Shown one piece after another: positions 10,283 to 20,566 of a DNA stretch of 64,000 bases (the stretch's first letter is position 1; every line of letters begins with the position of its first letter). The notes under the pieces were generated by a model that saw only the letters and a program-made list of their open reading frames with translations, did no database searches and was not told the DNA's origin. The translations under genes were made by a program, and so were the position numbers. The stretch comes from Candidatus Borkfalkia avistercoris (lineage in GTDB: Bacteria > Bacillota > Clostridia > Christensenellales > Borkfalkiaceae), in assembly GCA_019115995.1 (NCBI GenBank), contig DXCL01000026.1, positions 159,522 through 223,521 on the forward strand, written 5' to 3'.

Positions 10283-11358
10283 AAAACGGCTGCATCGTCA
10301 TCAGAAATATAAAAGATTATTTTGACGGAAGCGGTTTTGCCGAAATCGTGTCCGCCTTAGTGGACGGCGGATATTTTATCGACAAGATTTTTGCGGTTTC
10401 GGAAGAAGACGAGAGAGAATTTGCCCAGACCTTTGCGGAATGCAAAAATTTTTTTGAGAATGTTTTTGTGATCGCGGAAGCGGATAAGCTTGCGCCGCTG
10501 CGCGCGCAGGCGTGTTCCGTTTTAAAAAGACCTCCGACGGACGAGACGCGCATCGAATCGGATAAAAAGACTTTCTTTTTCCTCCCAAAGGGAGAGGCTG
10601 GCGCGGCTTATGTCCGCGGCGAGGCGGTGGCGTATCTCGACGCAAAATACGCGGTAAAACACGACAGAATGGTCGTGCGGGCGGTCGGCGTTCCCGCGGA
10701 AAGGATAAAAAACGTGCTTGCCGACGCAAAGGCTTTGAGCGGAGACCGCCTTGCGTACAACCTTTCGGAAAAATGGGGGGATCTGCGTTTGGAGATCCTC
10801 TATGACAGCGATTCCCCGAAAATGCTCATCGACGGCGTGATGCGCGTCGTTGCGGGAGGGCTGAACGATTATATTTACGCCGTGGAAGATACCCCCCTCA
10901 ACGAACGGATCTATGAAATATTGAAGCTGAGAGGTCTCAGGCTTTCTGTCGCGGAGTCGTTCACGGGCGGGGGCGTCGCAAAGCGTCTCATTGAGGTTCC
11001 GGGGATCAGTTCCGTGCTCTTTGAAAGCATCGTTGCGTACGATAACGGCTCGAAGATGGCTCGGTTGGGCGTTTCTCAGTATACGCTCATGCGGCAGGGC
11101 GCGGTATCCGACGAAACTGCTTACGAGATGGCTGCGGGGCTCATCGCTACGGGCAATTGTTCCGTCTCTCTCGCCACGACGGGGATCGCGGGGCCGAAGT
11201 CTGACAATACCGGCAAGCCTGTGGGATTGTGTTATATCGCAGTTGGGCTGAAAGAATCGGTTTTTGTTTACAAATATATCTTTAAGGGGAGCCGCGCAGA
11301 CATCACGCAACGCGCGATCAATCAGGCACTCTTTCTTTTATATAAACAAATCAAGTAA
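10279..11358 (+). CDS. cinA: CinA-family protein: C-terminal NMN deamidase (PncC) domain, divergent N-terminus
   Basis: SVAESFTGG, GAVSDETAYEMA, TTGIAGP, KPVGLCYI; position between pgsA and recA. Confidence 0.88.
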   Translation: MKNGCIVIRNIKDYFDGSGFAEIVSALVDGGYFIDKIFAVSEEDEREFAQTFAECKNFFENVFVIAEADKLAPLRAQACSVLKRPPTDETRIESDKKTFFFLPKGEAGAAYVRGEAVAYLDAKYAVKHDRMVVRAVGVPAERIKNVLADAKALSGDRLAYNLSEKWGDLRLEILYDSDSPKMLIDGVMRVVAGGLNDYIYAVEDTPLNERIYEILKLRGLRLSVAESFTGGGVAKRLIEVPGISSVLFESIVAYDNGSKMARLGVSQYTLMRQGAVSDETAYEMAAGLIATGNCSVSLATTGIAGPKSDNTGKPVGLCYIAVGLKESVFVYKYIFKGSRADITQRAINQALFLLYKQIK

Positions 11359-11411
11359 TATGCGCGGCATAATGCGTGAAAAATCAGGAAATTTTTTATC
11401 GGAGAGGTATT

Positions 11412-12452
11412 ATGGATAACGAAAAGATGAAGGCGCTCGATCAGGTGCTCGCCCAGATCGAAAAACATTACGGCAAAGGCGCGATCATGAAGCTCGGCGC
11501 TTCCGCAGGCAATGTGGATATAGAAGTTATACCTACGGGCTGTCTTTCGCTCGATATTGCGCTCGGCATCGGCGGTTTGCCCCGCGGCAGGATCATAGAG
11601 ATATACGGGCCCGAATCTTCGGGTAAAACCACGGTCGCTCTGCATGCGATCGCGCAGATCCAGAAGATGGGCGGCATCGCCGCTTTCGTCGACGCGGAGC
11701 ACGCGCTCGACCCCACTTATGCAAGCAAGTTGGGAGTGGATCTCGACAATCTTTATGTGTCTCAGCCGGATACGGGCGAACAGGCGCTGGACATCTGCGA
11801 TTCGCTCGTACGCAGCGGCGCCGTCGATCTGATCGTAATAGACTCCGTCGCGGCGCTCACGCCCAAGGCGGAGATCGAAGGCGAGATGGGCGAGTCGCAC
11901 GTCGGTTTGCAGGCGAGGCTTATGTCGCAGGCGCTCAGAAAGCTGACGGGCATCATCAATAAATCCAATACGTGCGTGATTTTTATCAACCAGCTCCGCG
12001 AAAAGGTGGGCATCATGTTCGGCAACCCCGAAACGACTCCCGGCGGCAAGGCGCTCAAATTCTATGCAAGCGTGCGCATCGACGTGCGCAAGGCGGACGC
12101 GCTCAAAGACAGCGACGGCATCATGGGCAACAAAACGCGCGCAAAGATCGTCAAAAACAAGTTGGCGCCTCCCTTCAAAACGGCGGAATTCGATATTCTT
12201 TACGGAGAGGGGATCTCGCAGGAGGGCTGCATCATCGACCTCGGCACGAACATCGGGGTCATCGGCAAGAGCGGCGCGTGGTTTTCTTATGAAGGGGAGA
12301 AAGTCGCACAGGGGCGCGAAAAGATGCGCGACTGGCTGAAAAACAATCCCGATAAATCGAAGGAGATCGAAGAAAAGATCCGCGCGGCGTATAAAGGAAA
12401 GCCTGCGGAAGAGGAACAGGCTCAGAAGGCTGAGGAAGCTGACGGAGAATAA
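11412..12452 (+). CDS. recA: Recombinase RecA
   Basis: [49 protein letters not shown]; start at ATG 11412. Confidence 0.99.
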   Translation: MDNEKMKALDQVLAQIEKHYGKGAIMKLGASAGNVDIEVIPTGCLSLDIALGIGGLPRGRIIEIYGPESSGKTTVALHAIAQIQKMGGIAAFVDAEHALDPTYASKLGVDLDNLYVSQPDTGEQALDICDSLVRSGAVDLIVIDSVAALTPKAEIEGEMGESHVGLQARLMSQALRKLTGIINKSNTCVIFINQLREKVGIMFGNPETTPGGKALKFYASVRIDVRKADALKDSDGIMGNKTRAKIVKNKLAPPFKTAEFDILYGEGISQEGCIIDLGTNIGVIGKSGAWFSYEGEKVAQGREKMRDWLKNNPDKSKEIEEKIRAAYKGKPAEEEQAQKAEEADGE

Positions 12453-12460
12453 TTTTTACG

Positions 12461-14362
12461 ATGAAACACGGTTTTGTCAAGGTTGCGGCAGTCACGCCCG
12501 CGCTTCGCGTGGCAGACGTCCGCTTTAATGCCGAAAATATTTCCCGCGCGATCGGGGAAGCGGAAAAGGCGGGCGTACAGCTGCTCGTATTTCCCGAGCT
12601 TTCCCTCTGCGGATATACCTGCGGCGATCTGTTCGGGCAGAAGGTCTTGTTGGACGATTGTTTCGCATTCCTCCGTACCATCGTCGAGGAAACAAAAGAC
12701 AAACAGTTGCTCGTTTTTGTCGGCGTGCCCGTGCGCCTAGGCGGCGTTTTATACAATTGCGCCGCCGCGCTGAACGGGGGCAGGGTGCTCGCCTTTATTC
12801 CGAAAACGCATCTTCCCAACTATGCGGAGTTTTACGAAAAGCGCAATTTTCAGCCGTATGCGGGCGAGAATACCGAAATAGATTTTTACGGAGACAGGGT
12901 TCCTTTCGGAAACAAGATCGTTTTTGCGGAGGAAAAGGAAGCGGATTTTACCGTCTCTGCGGAGCTTTGCGAAGATCTGTGGGTTCCCGCGCCGCCGTCG
13001 GCGGCGCACGCGCATGCGGGCGCGAATATCATCGTGAACCTGTCCGCCTCCGACGAGACTGCGGGAAAGGCGGAATACCGCCGTCTGCTCGTGCGTTCTC
13101 AGTCGGCGAAAACGGTGAGCGGGTACGTTTATGCAGACGCGGGCGAGGGAGAGTCTTCCACAGACATGACTTTTTCCGGCCACAACATAATTTCGGAAAA
13201 CGGCGAGATACTCAAAGAGAGCGTTCTCTTTGAAAACGGCATGATCGTTTCCGAGATCGATGCGGAAAAGCTTTCCTTTGAACGCCGCCGCATCAACACC
13301 TTTTACGACGGCAGAGATCTCGGCGGCTATCGCACGATCTCATTTAAAGCGTCGAGCCGCGGCGAAAAACTTACGCGGCCTGTCGCGCGGCTGCCTTTCG
13401 TGCCGCAGGGGGGCGCTCTCGGCGAGAGGGCTGAGCTGATTTTATCGATCCAGGCGGCAGGTCTGGGCAAACGCCTTGCGCATACGGGCGCAAGGGCGGC
13501 CGTTCTCGGTATTTCCGGAGGGCTGGACAGCGCTTTGGCGCTTTTGGTGACCGTCCGCGCGTTCAAAAAACTGGGAAGGGATTTGAAGGATATCATTGCC
13601 GTTACGATGCCGTGTTTCGGCACGACCGACAAAACGTACAACAATTCGCTTGCCCTGATGCGCGCCCTCGGCGTAACGTTTAAAACGGTCAATATAGCCG
13701 ATTCCGTGCGCGCGCATTTCAAAGACATCGGTCACGATGAATGCGTGAAAAACGCCGCCTACGAAAACGCGCAGGCGCGCATGCGTACGATGGTTCTGAT
13801 GAATATTGCCAACGACGCGGGCGGGTTCGTGGTCGGAACGGGCGATCTGAGCGAACTTGCGCTCGGTTGGGCGACCTATAACGGCGACCACATGTCGATG
13901 TACGGAGTCAACGCCTCCGTGCCGAAAACGCTCGTAAAATATTTGATCTCGTATGAGGCGGAACGATTGGGCGGACAGCTGAAAGAAACGCTCAATGATA
14001 TTTTGAATACGGAGATCAGCCCCGAACTTCTGCCTCCCGAAGACGGGAAGATCGCTCAGAAAACGGAGGAGTTGGTCGGCCCTTACGAATTGCATGACTT
14101 TTATCTGTATTATGCGATCCGTTGGGGATTTTCTCCGAAAAAAGTACTCTTTCTTGCGGAAACGGCGTTTGCGGGCATATACGAAAAAGAAGTCATCAAA
14201 AAGTGGCTTGTGAGCTTTTATAAACGCTTTTTCTCCCAACAGTTCAAGCGCTCCTGTCTGCCGGACGGCGTAAAAGTGGGCTCTGTGAGCCTTTCGCCCC
14301 GCGGCGACTGGCGCATGCCCTCCGACGCGTGCGTGCAGAGCTGGCTGAAAGAGCTCGAATAA
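12461..14362 (+). CDS. nadE: Glutamine-dependent NAD+ synthetase
   Basis: Nitrilase domain FPEL, PKTHLPNYAEFYEKR, ELCEDLW; synthetase domain GISGGLDS, ENAQARMR, GTGDLSELALGW. Confidence 0.97.
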   Translation: MKHGFVKVAAVTPALRVADVRFNAENISRAIGEAEKAGVQLLVFPELSLCGYTCGDLFGQKVLLDDCFAFLRTIVEETKDKQLLVFVGVPVRLGGVLYNCAAALNGGRVLAFIPKTHLPNYAEFYEKRNFQPYAGENTEIDFYGDRVPFGNKIVFAEEKEADFTVSAELCEDLWVPAPPSAAHAHAGANIIVNLSASDETAGKAEYRRLLVRSQSAKTVSGYVYADAGEGESSTDMTFSGHNIISENGEILKESVLFENGMIVSEIDAEKLSFERRRINTFYDGRDLGGYRTISFKASSRGEKLTRPVARLPFVPQGGALGERAELILSIQAAGLGKRLAHTGARAAVLGISGGLDSALALLVTVRAFKKLGRDLKDIIAVTMPCFGTTDKTYNNSLALMRALGVTFKTVNIADSVRAHFKDIGHDECVKNAAYENAQARMRTMVLMNIANDAGGFVVGTGDLSELALGWATYNGDHMSMYGVNASVPKTLVKYLISYEAERLGGQLKETLNDILNTEISPELLPPEDGKIAQKTEELVGPYELHDFYLYYAIRWGFSPKKVLFLAETAFAGIYEKEVIKKWLVSFYKRFFSQQFKRSCLPDGVKVGSVSLSPRGDWRMPSDACVQSWLKELE

Positions 14363-14372
14363 TTCTGCGATT

Positions 14373-14402
14373 TCCCCGCGCTGCCCGCGCGGGGATTTTT
14401 TT
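14373..14402 (+). terminator. Intrinsic terminator after nadE
   Basis: tccccgcgc-tgccc-gcgcgggga-T7. Confidence 0.88.
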
Positions 14403-14433
14403 ATCTGCGGGGAAGGATAATCCGGAAATAATA

Positions 14434-14462
14434 TTGACTTTTGTATAAAGATACGTTATAAT
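14434..14462 (+). promoter_or_regulatory. sigma-A promoter of rny
   Basis: TTGACT-17-TATAAT. Confidence 0.8.
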
Positions 14463-14586
14463 AGTAAAGGTATGAATTTAAAAGGGAAGGTTTGGCGTTT
14501 CGCTCGTACAGTGAGTGTTCGGAGTTGCCGGCAGTCCTTTCGAATGTTTATACACAAGTTTATTTTAACCCACAGGAGGCTCAAAA

Positions 14587-16203
14587 ATGTTTGGTGCAAA
14601 CAGCAGCTCCCTGTTTCTGGCGAGTACGGTACCCGCATGGTTGTTTGCGGTCGTGCTTGTCGTCGCTATTTTAGTGGTCGGCGCGAGCGCCTTCTTTGTA
14701 GGACGTTTTCTTTATGTCAAAATGTTCAAAAAGAAGATCGGCGACGCCGAGCAAGCCATCAAAATAATGCGCGAAGAGGCGGAAAACGAATGCCGCGCAT
14801 TAAAAAAAGAAGCTATTTTAGAGGCTAAGGAACAGGACTTAAAGCTCAGAAACGAATTTGAACGCGAAAGCAAAGAGAAAAAAGCGGAACTTGCCAAAGC
14901 AGAGCAGCGCTTGATGCAAAAGGAAGACGTGCTCGACAAAAAAGAGGACTCCCTTCTGAAAAAATCCGACGCGCTCGAACAGCAGCAAAAAAATCTTGCC
15001 CGTCAGGAAGGCGAGATCAAAAAAATGCAGGAAAAGGTGAATCATCAGCACGATCTGATGATCCAGGAGCTTGAAAAGGTCGCGCAGCTCACCCGCGAAG
15101 AGGCGAAAAAGCTTCTCACCGAGAATATTCTCGACGAAGCCCGCCATGACGCCGCCGTGCAGGTGCGCAACATAGAGCAGACGGCAAAAGACGAAGCGGA
15201 TACGGAGGCGAAAAAGATCATCAGCCTCGCCATTCAGCGCTGCGCTTCCGACCACGCGTCGGAGATCACCGTTTCCGTTGTGCCGCTGCCCAATGACGAC
15301 ATGAAGGCGCGCATTATCGGGCGCGAGGGCAGAAATATCCGCGCGTTGGAAAACGCCACGGGCATCGAGCTCATCATCGACGATACGCCCGAAGTCGTCA
15401 TTCTGTCCGGGTTTGATCCCGTTCGCAGGGAGGTGGCACGCCTTTCCCTTGAAAAACTCATCGGCGACGGCAGGATCCACCCCGCTCGTATTGAAGAGAC
15501 GGTCGAAAAGGTCAGAAAGGAGCTCGATCAGCAGATCAAAGAAAACGGCGAAGCCGCGATGTTCGAGGTCGGTATTTTCGGGCTTCACCCCGAGATCATC
15601 AAGCTTCTCGGGCGGCTCAAATACAGAACGAGCTACGGTCAAAACGTTTACAAGCATTCCATAGAAGTCGCGCAGCTTGCGGGCATGATGGCGGCTGAAT
15701 TGGGGCTTGACGTAAACCTTGCGAAGAGAGCGGGGCTTTTGCACGACATCGGCAAAGCCGTCGATCACGAGCAGGAGGGCACGCATATTCAGATCGGCGC
15801 CGATATTGCCAAAAAGTACAAAGAGAACGCAAACGTTGTCAATGCGATCATGGCGCACCACGGCGACGTAGAGCCGAAAACGGTCGAGGCCGTGCTCGTA
15901 CAGGCGGCAGACGCGATCTCGGGCGCACGCCCCGGCGCAAGGCGCGAAACGAGCACGAACTACGTTAAAAGATTGGAACAGCTCGAACAGATCGCATCCT
16001 CCTTTAAGGGGGTCGACAAAAGCTATGCGATCCAGGCGGGCAGGGAAGTCCGCGTGATCGTCAAGCCCGAACAGATCGACGACGCGCAGACGCTGTTCCT
16101 CGCAAAAGACATTGCCAAAAAGATCGAACAGGAGCTCGAATATCCCGGTCAGATCAAAGTCAACGTCATTCGCGAATATCGCAGCGTAGAGTATGCGAAA
16201 TAA
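14587..16203 (+). CDS. rny: Ribonuclease Y
   Basis: N-terminal TM helix, coiled coil, KH domain [13 protein letters not shown] domain [21 protein letters not shown]; AGGAGG SD. Confidence 0.98.
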   Translation: MFGANSSSLFLASTVPAWLFAVVLVVAILVVGASAFFVGRFLYVKMFKKKIGDAEQAIKIMREEAENECRALKKEAILEAKEQDLKLRNEFERESKEKKAELAKAEQRLMQKEDVLDKKEDSLLKKSDALEQQQKNLARQEGEIKKMQEKVNHQHDLMIQELEKVAQLTREEAKKLLTENILDEARHDAAVQVRNIEQTAKDEADTEAKKIISLAIQRCASDHASEITVSVVPLPNDDMKARIIGREGRNIRALENATGIELIIDDTPEVVILSGFDPVRREVARLSLEKLIGDGRIHPARIEETVEKVRKELDQQIKENGEAAMFEVGIFGLHPEIIKLLGRLKYRTSYGQNVYKHSIEVAQLAGMMAAELGLDVNLAKRAGLLHDIGKAVDHEQEGTHIQIGADIAKKYKENANVVNAIMAHHGDVEPKTVEAVLVQAADAISGARPGARRETSTNYVKRLEQLEQIASSFKGVDKSYAIQAGREVRVIVKPEQIDDAQTLFLAKDIAKKIEQELEYPGQIKVNVIREYRSVEYAK

Positions 16204-16278
16204 CTTTTAAAATTGCGGCGGAGCGGCTTGATTGCCGCCCCGCTTTCATTTAAATATAATCTAATGAAATGAACGGGT

Positions 16279-16312
16279 ATTCCCGCCGCAAAATTGCGGC
16301 GGGAATTTTTTT
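16279..16312 (+). terminator. Intrinsic terminator after rny
   Basis: attcccgccgca-aaat-tgcggcgggaat followed by T run. Confidence 0.85.
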
Positions 16313-16319
16313 GTCTTTC

Positions 16320-16349
16320 GCATAATTCGGACAAGTCCGTTCATAGAAT
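16320..16349 (+). promoter_or_regulatory. sigma-E promoter of spoIIIA operon
   Basis: gCATAatt-14-CATAgaaT matches the mother-cell sigma-E consensus, directly upstream of spoIIIAA. Confidence 0.8.
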
Positions 16350-16373
16350 ATACGGAAAGCGGAGGGGACAAGT

Positions 16374-17276
16374 ATGCTGGAATTTTTAACCGATGAGCTG
16401 CGCGCCGCGCTCAAATACGTCAATGAAAATCTTGTATACGAACTCCGTGTACGGGCGGGAAAGCCCACGGCAGTCAACTATAAGGGGAAATATTATTTTT
16501 TGGGTAAAAGAGGGCTTGCGGATAAGGAGGCTGACGCGCTCGTGTGTTCCTATCAGGATATAGAAACCGTCATTTACCGCGTGAGCGAGTATTCCGTATA
16601 CTCCGTCACCGAACAGGTGAAACAGGGATTTTTGACGGGCGCGTACGGCGAGCGCATCGGGCTGTGCGGCTCATACGTCTATGAAAACGGCGCGCCGTCC
16701 GCGATCAAGGAGATTACCTCTCTCAATATCAGAGTGCCGCACGAGGTAAAGGGGGCGGCGTCGTTTATCTTTGAAAAACTATTTTCCAAAGGCGTTTGCA
16801 ACTGTCTGCTGCTCTCTGCGCCCGGCAGAGGGAAAACAACGATCCTGCGCGATCTGGCGCGGCTCATATCGTCAAAATATTTTATCAATATTCTGATCTT
16901 AGACGAGAGAAACGAGATCACGGCGGCGTATAAAGACTTTTCCCTCGATGTCGGCGCGTTTTGCGATGTAGTACGTTACGCATACAAGCGCGATGCGCTG
17001 TCTGCCGCGGTGCGTACGATGCGCCCTGATCTCATCATAACGGACGAGCTCGCCATGGAAGAAGAGCTCGTGCAGTGCCTTACTTGCATCAGGAGCGGCG
17101 TGCAAGTGATCGCCTCCGCGCATTGCAAGGATTATGAAAGCCTGCTGCGCTCGCCCGTATTGCATAGGGCGGTGTCGGAAAGAGGTTTCGACTATTATAT
17201 CGCGCTCGATCCCTGCGAGATCGGAAAAGTTGCCTGCATTTTCGACGGAGAAGGCGCGTGCGTGTACGGGCCATGA
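16374..17276 (+). CDS. spoIIIAA: Stage III sporulation ATPase AA
   Basis: ELRVRAGKP, SLNIRVPHE, APGRGKTTILRDLAR, DERNEI, MRPDLIITDE, ASAH. Confidence 0.95.
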   Translation: MLEFLTDELRAALKYVNENLVYELRVRAGKPTAVNYKGKYYFLGKRGLADKEADALVCSYQDIETVIYRVSEYSVYSVTEQVKQGFLTGAYGERIGLCGSYVYENGAPSAIKEITSLNIRVPHEVKGAASFIFEKLFSKGVCNCLLLSAPGRGKTTILRDLARLISSKYFINILILDERNEITAAYKDFSLDVGAFCDVVRYAYKRDALSAAVRTMRPDLIITDELAMEEELVQCLTCIRSGVQVIASAHCKDYESLLRSPVLHRAVSERGFDYYIALDPCEIGKVACIFDGEGACVYGP

Positions 17277-17743
17277 TCAAGTTGTTTCTGAGCGTGCTGC
17301 TCGTGGCGCTGTGCAGCGCTTTCGGCTGGATCTTAACGCGGCGTTACAAGCAGAGAAAAGATTTTTTCTACGCGCTCGATTTGTTTAACGCGAGATTCAT
17401 CAATGAAGTGAGCTATACAAAGCTGCCTCTGGCGGCATTCTTTGACAAATATCCTTTTTCCGGCGATTTCGGCAAACTGCTCGAAGAAAAAAAGAACAGC
17501 GGATTTGTTTCCGATACTTTTGATGTGCCGTATCTCACCCAAGACGAAAAAAATTTTGTCCGCGATTATTTTATGATGATAGGCAGGAGCGACTCGGCGT
17601 CGCAGAAGGATTATTTACAGTCGGCGCGCACGGAAACGGAGCGCCTGCGCTCGGAGAGCGGCGCGGAATACAAAAGGCGCTGCAATCTGTATGTTAAACT
17701 CGGTTTTTTGTTCGGGCTGATCATTGCCGTTATTCTCGCGTGA
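17273..17743 (+). CDS. spoIIIAB: Stage III sporulation protein AB
   Basis: N- and C-terminal TM helices, IGRSD, LYVKLGFLFGL; operon position; start at ATG 17273. Confidence 0.88.
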   Translation: MIKLFLSVLLVALCSAFGWILTRRYKQRKDFFYALDLFNARFINEVSYTKLPLAAFFDKYPFSGDFGKLLEEKKNSGFVSDTFDVPYLTQDEKNFVRDYFMMIGRSDSASQKDYLQSARTETERLRSESGAEYKRRCNLYVKLGFLFGLIIAVILA

Positions 17744-17755
17744 CGGGAGGTTTTT

Positions 17756-17953
17756 ATGCAGATCGATGTCATTTTTAAAATAGCGGCGGTCGGGATCATC
17801 GTTACGATTGTCTGCCAGATCCTGAAAAAGTCTGACAGAGACGATATAGCCACGATCGTAAGCCTTGCCGGGCTCATAATCGTTCTGACGGTCGTTTTGG
17901 ATATGATCGCCGACCTGTTCGATTCGATCCGAAGTATTTTCGACCTGTTTTAG
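17756..17953 (+). CDS. spoIIIAC: Stage III sporulation protein AC
   Basis: IDVIFKIAAVGIIVTIVCQILKKSDRDD. Confidence 0.95.
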   Translation: MQIDVIFKIAAVGIIVTIVCQILKKSDRDDIATIVSLAGLIIVLTVVLDMIADLFDSIRSIFDLF

Positions 17954-17956
17954 CAT

Positions 17957-18349
17957 ATGGAACTCGTTAAAATAATCTGCGTTGCCCTGATCACGGCTTT
18001 TGCCGCGCTCTTTTTGCGCGGCTCTAAGCCGGAACTCGCTTTTGCGGTCACGATCGCGGGCGCGGTCATAATCCTGCTCTTTATTGTCGATATGCTTGCC
18101 GCGTCTTTTCAGGTTTTTACGGACATTGCCGAAAAAACGGGCATCGATCATTCCCTCATCAAAATCATAATCAAGATCGTCGCGATCGGTTATCTGGTCG
18201 AATTCAGCGCCGGCGTTGTGGAAGATTTCGGCAGTAAAAGCATAGCGGACAAGCTCGTGCTGGCGGGCAAAGTGATCATCTTTGCCGTTTCTGTGCCCAT
18301 CATTCAGAGCGTGTTGCAGCTGATCGGGGGGTTTTTGGAACTTTTATGA
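17957..18349 (+). CDS. spoIIIAD: Stage III sporulation protein AD
   Basis: KPELA, IKIVAIGYLVEFSAGVVEDFG.KSIADKL.LAGK. Confidence 0.93.
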   Translation: MELVKIICVALITAFAALFLRGSKPELAFAVTIAGAVIILLFIVDMLAASFQVFTDIAEKTGIDHSLIKIIIKIVAIGYLVEFSAGVVEDFGSKSIADKLVLAGKVIIFAVSVPIIQSVLQLIGGFLELL

Positions 18350-19572
18350 AAAGGTCGCAACGGGTTAGTCTTTCCCGAAAAAAACTGGTCGTTCTTGTTT
18401 TGCTCGTTGCCGCCGCGCTGATTTTGAGCTTTTGCCCGTTTACCGTAGCTGCGGAAGATACCGAAGAAAACGTTTCGGGTGAGGAGGAGCTCTGGCAGAA
18501 TATCGGGACGCTTTTGGAGGAGCTCGATATGCGGGAATTGCAGAACTATCTCGATTCTCTTTCGGAAGAGCAGAAAGCGCTGTTCGGAGAGGGGAGTCTG
18601 AAAGACAAGATATACGCGCTGATCAGCGGCGATTTCGGCACAGACTACTCCGACGTGTTTTCGGCTGTCGCGGCGTCCGTATTTGACGGGCTTGACGGAT
18701 TGCTTTCGACCTTTTGCGTGATCTGCGCGATCACGATCCTTTGCGGCATACTGTCTCAGTTCAAGAGCTCCTTTTCGGAAAAAAGTACGGCGCAGCTGAT
18801 TTTTTTCGTCGGCTATGCCGCCGTGCTTGTTCTGATCCTTACGTCCCTTTCCGCGGTGATAGAGGATTGTTTTTCCACCGTGGCTTCCATGCAGAAGCAG
18901 ATGCAGGCGGCGTTCCCCGTACTGCTTACGCTGATCGCGACGAGCGGAGGAAGCGTGTCGGTCGCGGTCTATCAGCCCGCCGTTCTTTTTCTGAGCGAGA
19001 TCATCGTGGAGATTGTTTCGGGCGTCGTATTTCCGCTCGCCGTGCTGATATGCGTCCTGGATATGGCGGGGAATATGAGCGGCGAAATCAAGCTGAAAAA
19101 TTTTGGAGCGCTCGCAAAGAGTATCATCAAATGGGTGCTCGGCATATCGCTTACGGTATTTACCGTGTTTCTTACGGTGCAGGGCATCACTTCCGCAACA
19201 TACGACGGTTTTTCCTTTCGGGCGGCAAAATATGCCATAGGGAACACGGTTCCCATCATAGGGGGATTTCTGAGCGGCGGACTGGATATGCTCGTAGCCG
19301 GCAGCGTGCTTATCAAAAATTCGCTGGGCTCGTGCTGTATTTTGCTCTTTGCCGCAGTGATCGCAGTTCCGCTCATTCAGCTTGCCGTATATAATCTGTT
19401 TTTGAAGCTCTCCGCGGCAGTTACCGAGCCCGTCGGAGATAACAGGATCACGGGTTTTTTGGCGTCGCTTTCCGCTACCGTCAATTATTTTACGGCCGGA
19501 TTGCTGTGCGTGGGATTCATGTATTTTATGACGCTGATACTTTTGATCTGCTCGTCGAATTCTTTGTTCTGA
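18346..19572 (+). CDS. spoIIIAE: Stage III sporulation protein AE
   Basis: Polytopic membrane protein, RAAKYAIGNTVPIIGGFLS, IKNSLG, AVTEPVGD. Confidence 0.94.
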   Translation: MKRSQRVSLSRKKLVVLVLLVAAALILSFCPFTVAAEDTEENVSGEEELWQNIGTLLEELDMRELQNYLDSLSEEQKALFGEGSLKDKIYALISGDFGTDYSDVFSAVAASVFDGLDGLLSTFCVICAITILCGILSQFKSSFSEKSTAQLIFFVGYAAVLVLILTSLSAVIEDCFSTVASMQKQMQAAFPVLLTLIATSGGSVSVAVYQPAVLFLSEIIVEIVSGVVFPLAVLICVLDMAGNMSGEIKLKNFGALAKSIIKWVLGISLTVFTVFLTVQGITSATYDGFSFRAAKYAIGNTVPIIGGFLSGGLDMLVAGSVLIKNSLGSCCILLFAAVIAVPLIQLAVYNLFLKLSAAVTEPVGDNRITGFLASLSATVNYFTAGLLCVGFMYFMTLILLICSSNSLF

Positions 19573-19573
19573 T

Positions 19574-20053
19574 ATGAAAGCATATATATTGAGCGTGTGC
19601 GGCGCGGTGATCATTTCCGCCCTGGTCGTCATTTTACTGCCGGACGGCAAAACGGGAAAATTTATCAACGGCATTCTCAAACTTTTTTGCCTGCTCGTAA
19701 TGCTTGTGCCTCTCTTTGGGTTTATTCGAGATTTTCGCATCGAACAGGGAGGAGAGGTTGCGTCTGAAATTGCGCTCGACGAAGATTTTATCGACCATTT
19801 TTACGGAGAGATCGCCGCGGAGGAAGAAGCTATGTTAAAAAAACGGTTGGAAGAGGAATATTCGGTAACGCTTTCCGTGCAGATCGGGTGGGAGTTTGTC
19901 GAATACGCGTATAATATATCGAATGTATCTATTAAAATCGAAAATTTCGGAATGTATGGGGAAGACGAGCATATATTAGTTATAAGCGAAATCAGGAACC
20001 GTGCCTCCGAAATACTGCAAACGGATACGGAGGTCATATCGGTTTATGAGTGA
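19574..20053 (+). CDS. spoIIIAF: Stage III sporulation protein AF
   Basis: LLPDGKTGKFINGILKLFCLLVMLVP N-terminal TM pair; operon position. Confidence 0.85.
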   Translation: MKAYILSVCGAVIISALVVILLPDGKTGKFINGILKLFCLLVMLVPLFGFIRDFRIEQGGEVASEIALDEDFIDHFYGEIAAEEEAMLKKRLEEEYSVTLSVQIGWEFVEYAYNISNVSIKIENFGMYGEDEHILVISEIRNRASEILQTDTEVISVYE

Positions 20054-20534
20054 AAAGGCGGAACGCAAAGGGTTCGGAAAACTCAAATCGGGCAGGCTGC
20101 TCGAAATCATGATCGTGCTGATCATCGTCGTCATCGTTGCGATCGTACTCTATAATTTTTTGGCGGGAAACAAGAACGAGGAAAGGGAGACGGTCGCGGA
20201 AGATTATGCGTCGCAGCTCGAAGCGCGGCTGGGCGAAGCTTTATCCGCCATTGACGGCGCGGGAGCGGTCTCCGTGATGATCCGCCTTGCCGACGACGGC
20301 GAAACGGTGATCGCCATGGAAACGACGACGCTCGAAGACGGCACGGTCGTGACGGCGCCGGTGCTGATCGACGGAGAAGTCGTCGTCCTTGAAGAGAAAA
20401 AACCGGAAATTTCGGGCGTGCTCATCGTGGCGGAAGGGGCGAACAGCCTCGGCGTGAGATTCGATCTTTTGTCTGCCGCGGCGTCCGTTTTAGATATAAA
20501 CCAAAGCTTAATAAAAGTATATACGAAGGGCTGA
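20046..20534 (+). CDS. spoIIIAG: Stage III sporulation protein AG (short)
   Basis: YASQLEARLGEALSAIDGAGAVSVMI ... PEISGVLIVAEGA; start at ATG 20046. Confidence 0.9.
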   Translation: MSEKAERKGFGKLKSGRLLEIMIVLIIVVIVAIVLYNFLAGNKNEERETVAEDYASQLEARLGEALSAIDGAGAVSVMIRLADDGETVIAMETTTLEDGTVVTAPVLIDGEVVVLEEKKPEISGVLIVAEGANSLGVRFDLLSAAASVLDINQSLIKVYTKG

Positions 20535-20566
20535 AAACAAAAATCATATCGTAAGGAGAGACGAAA

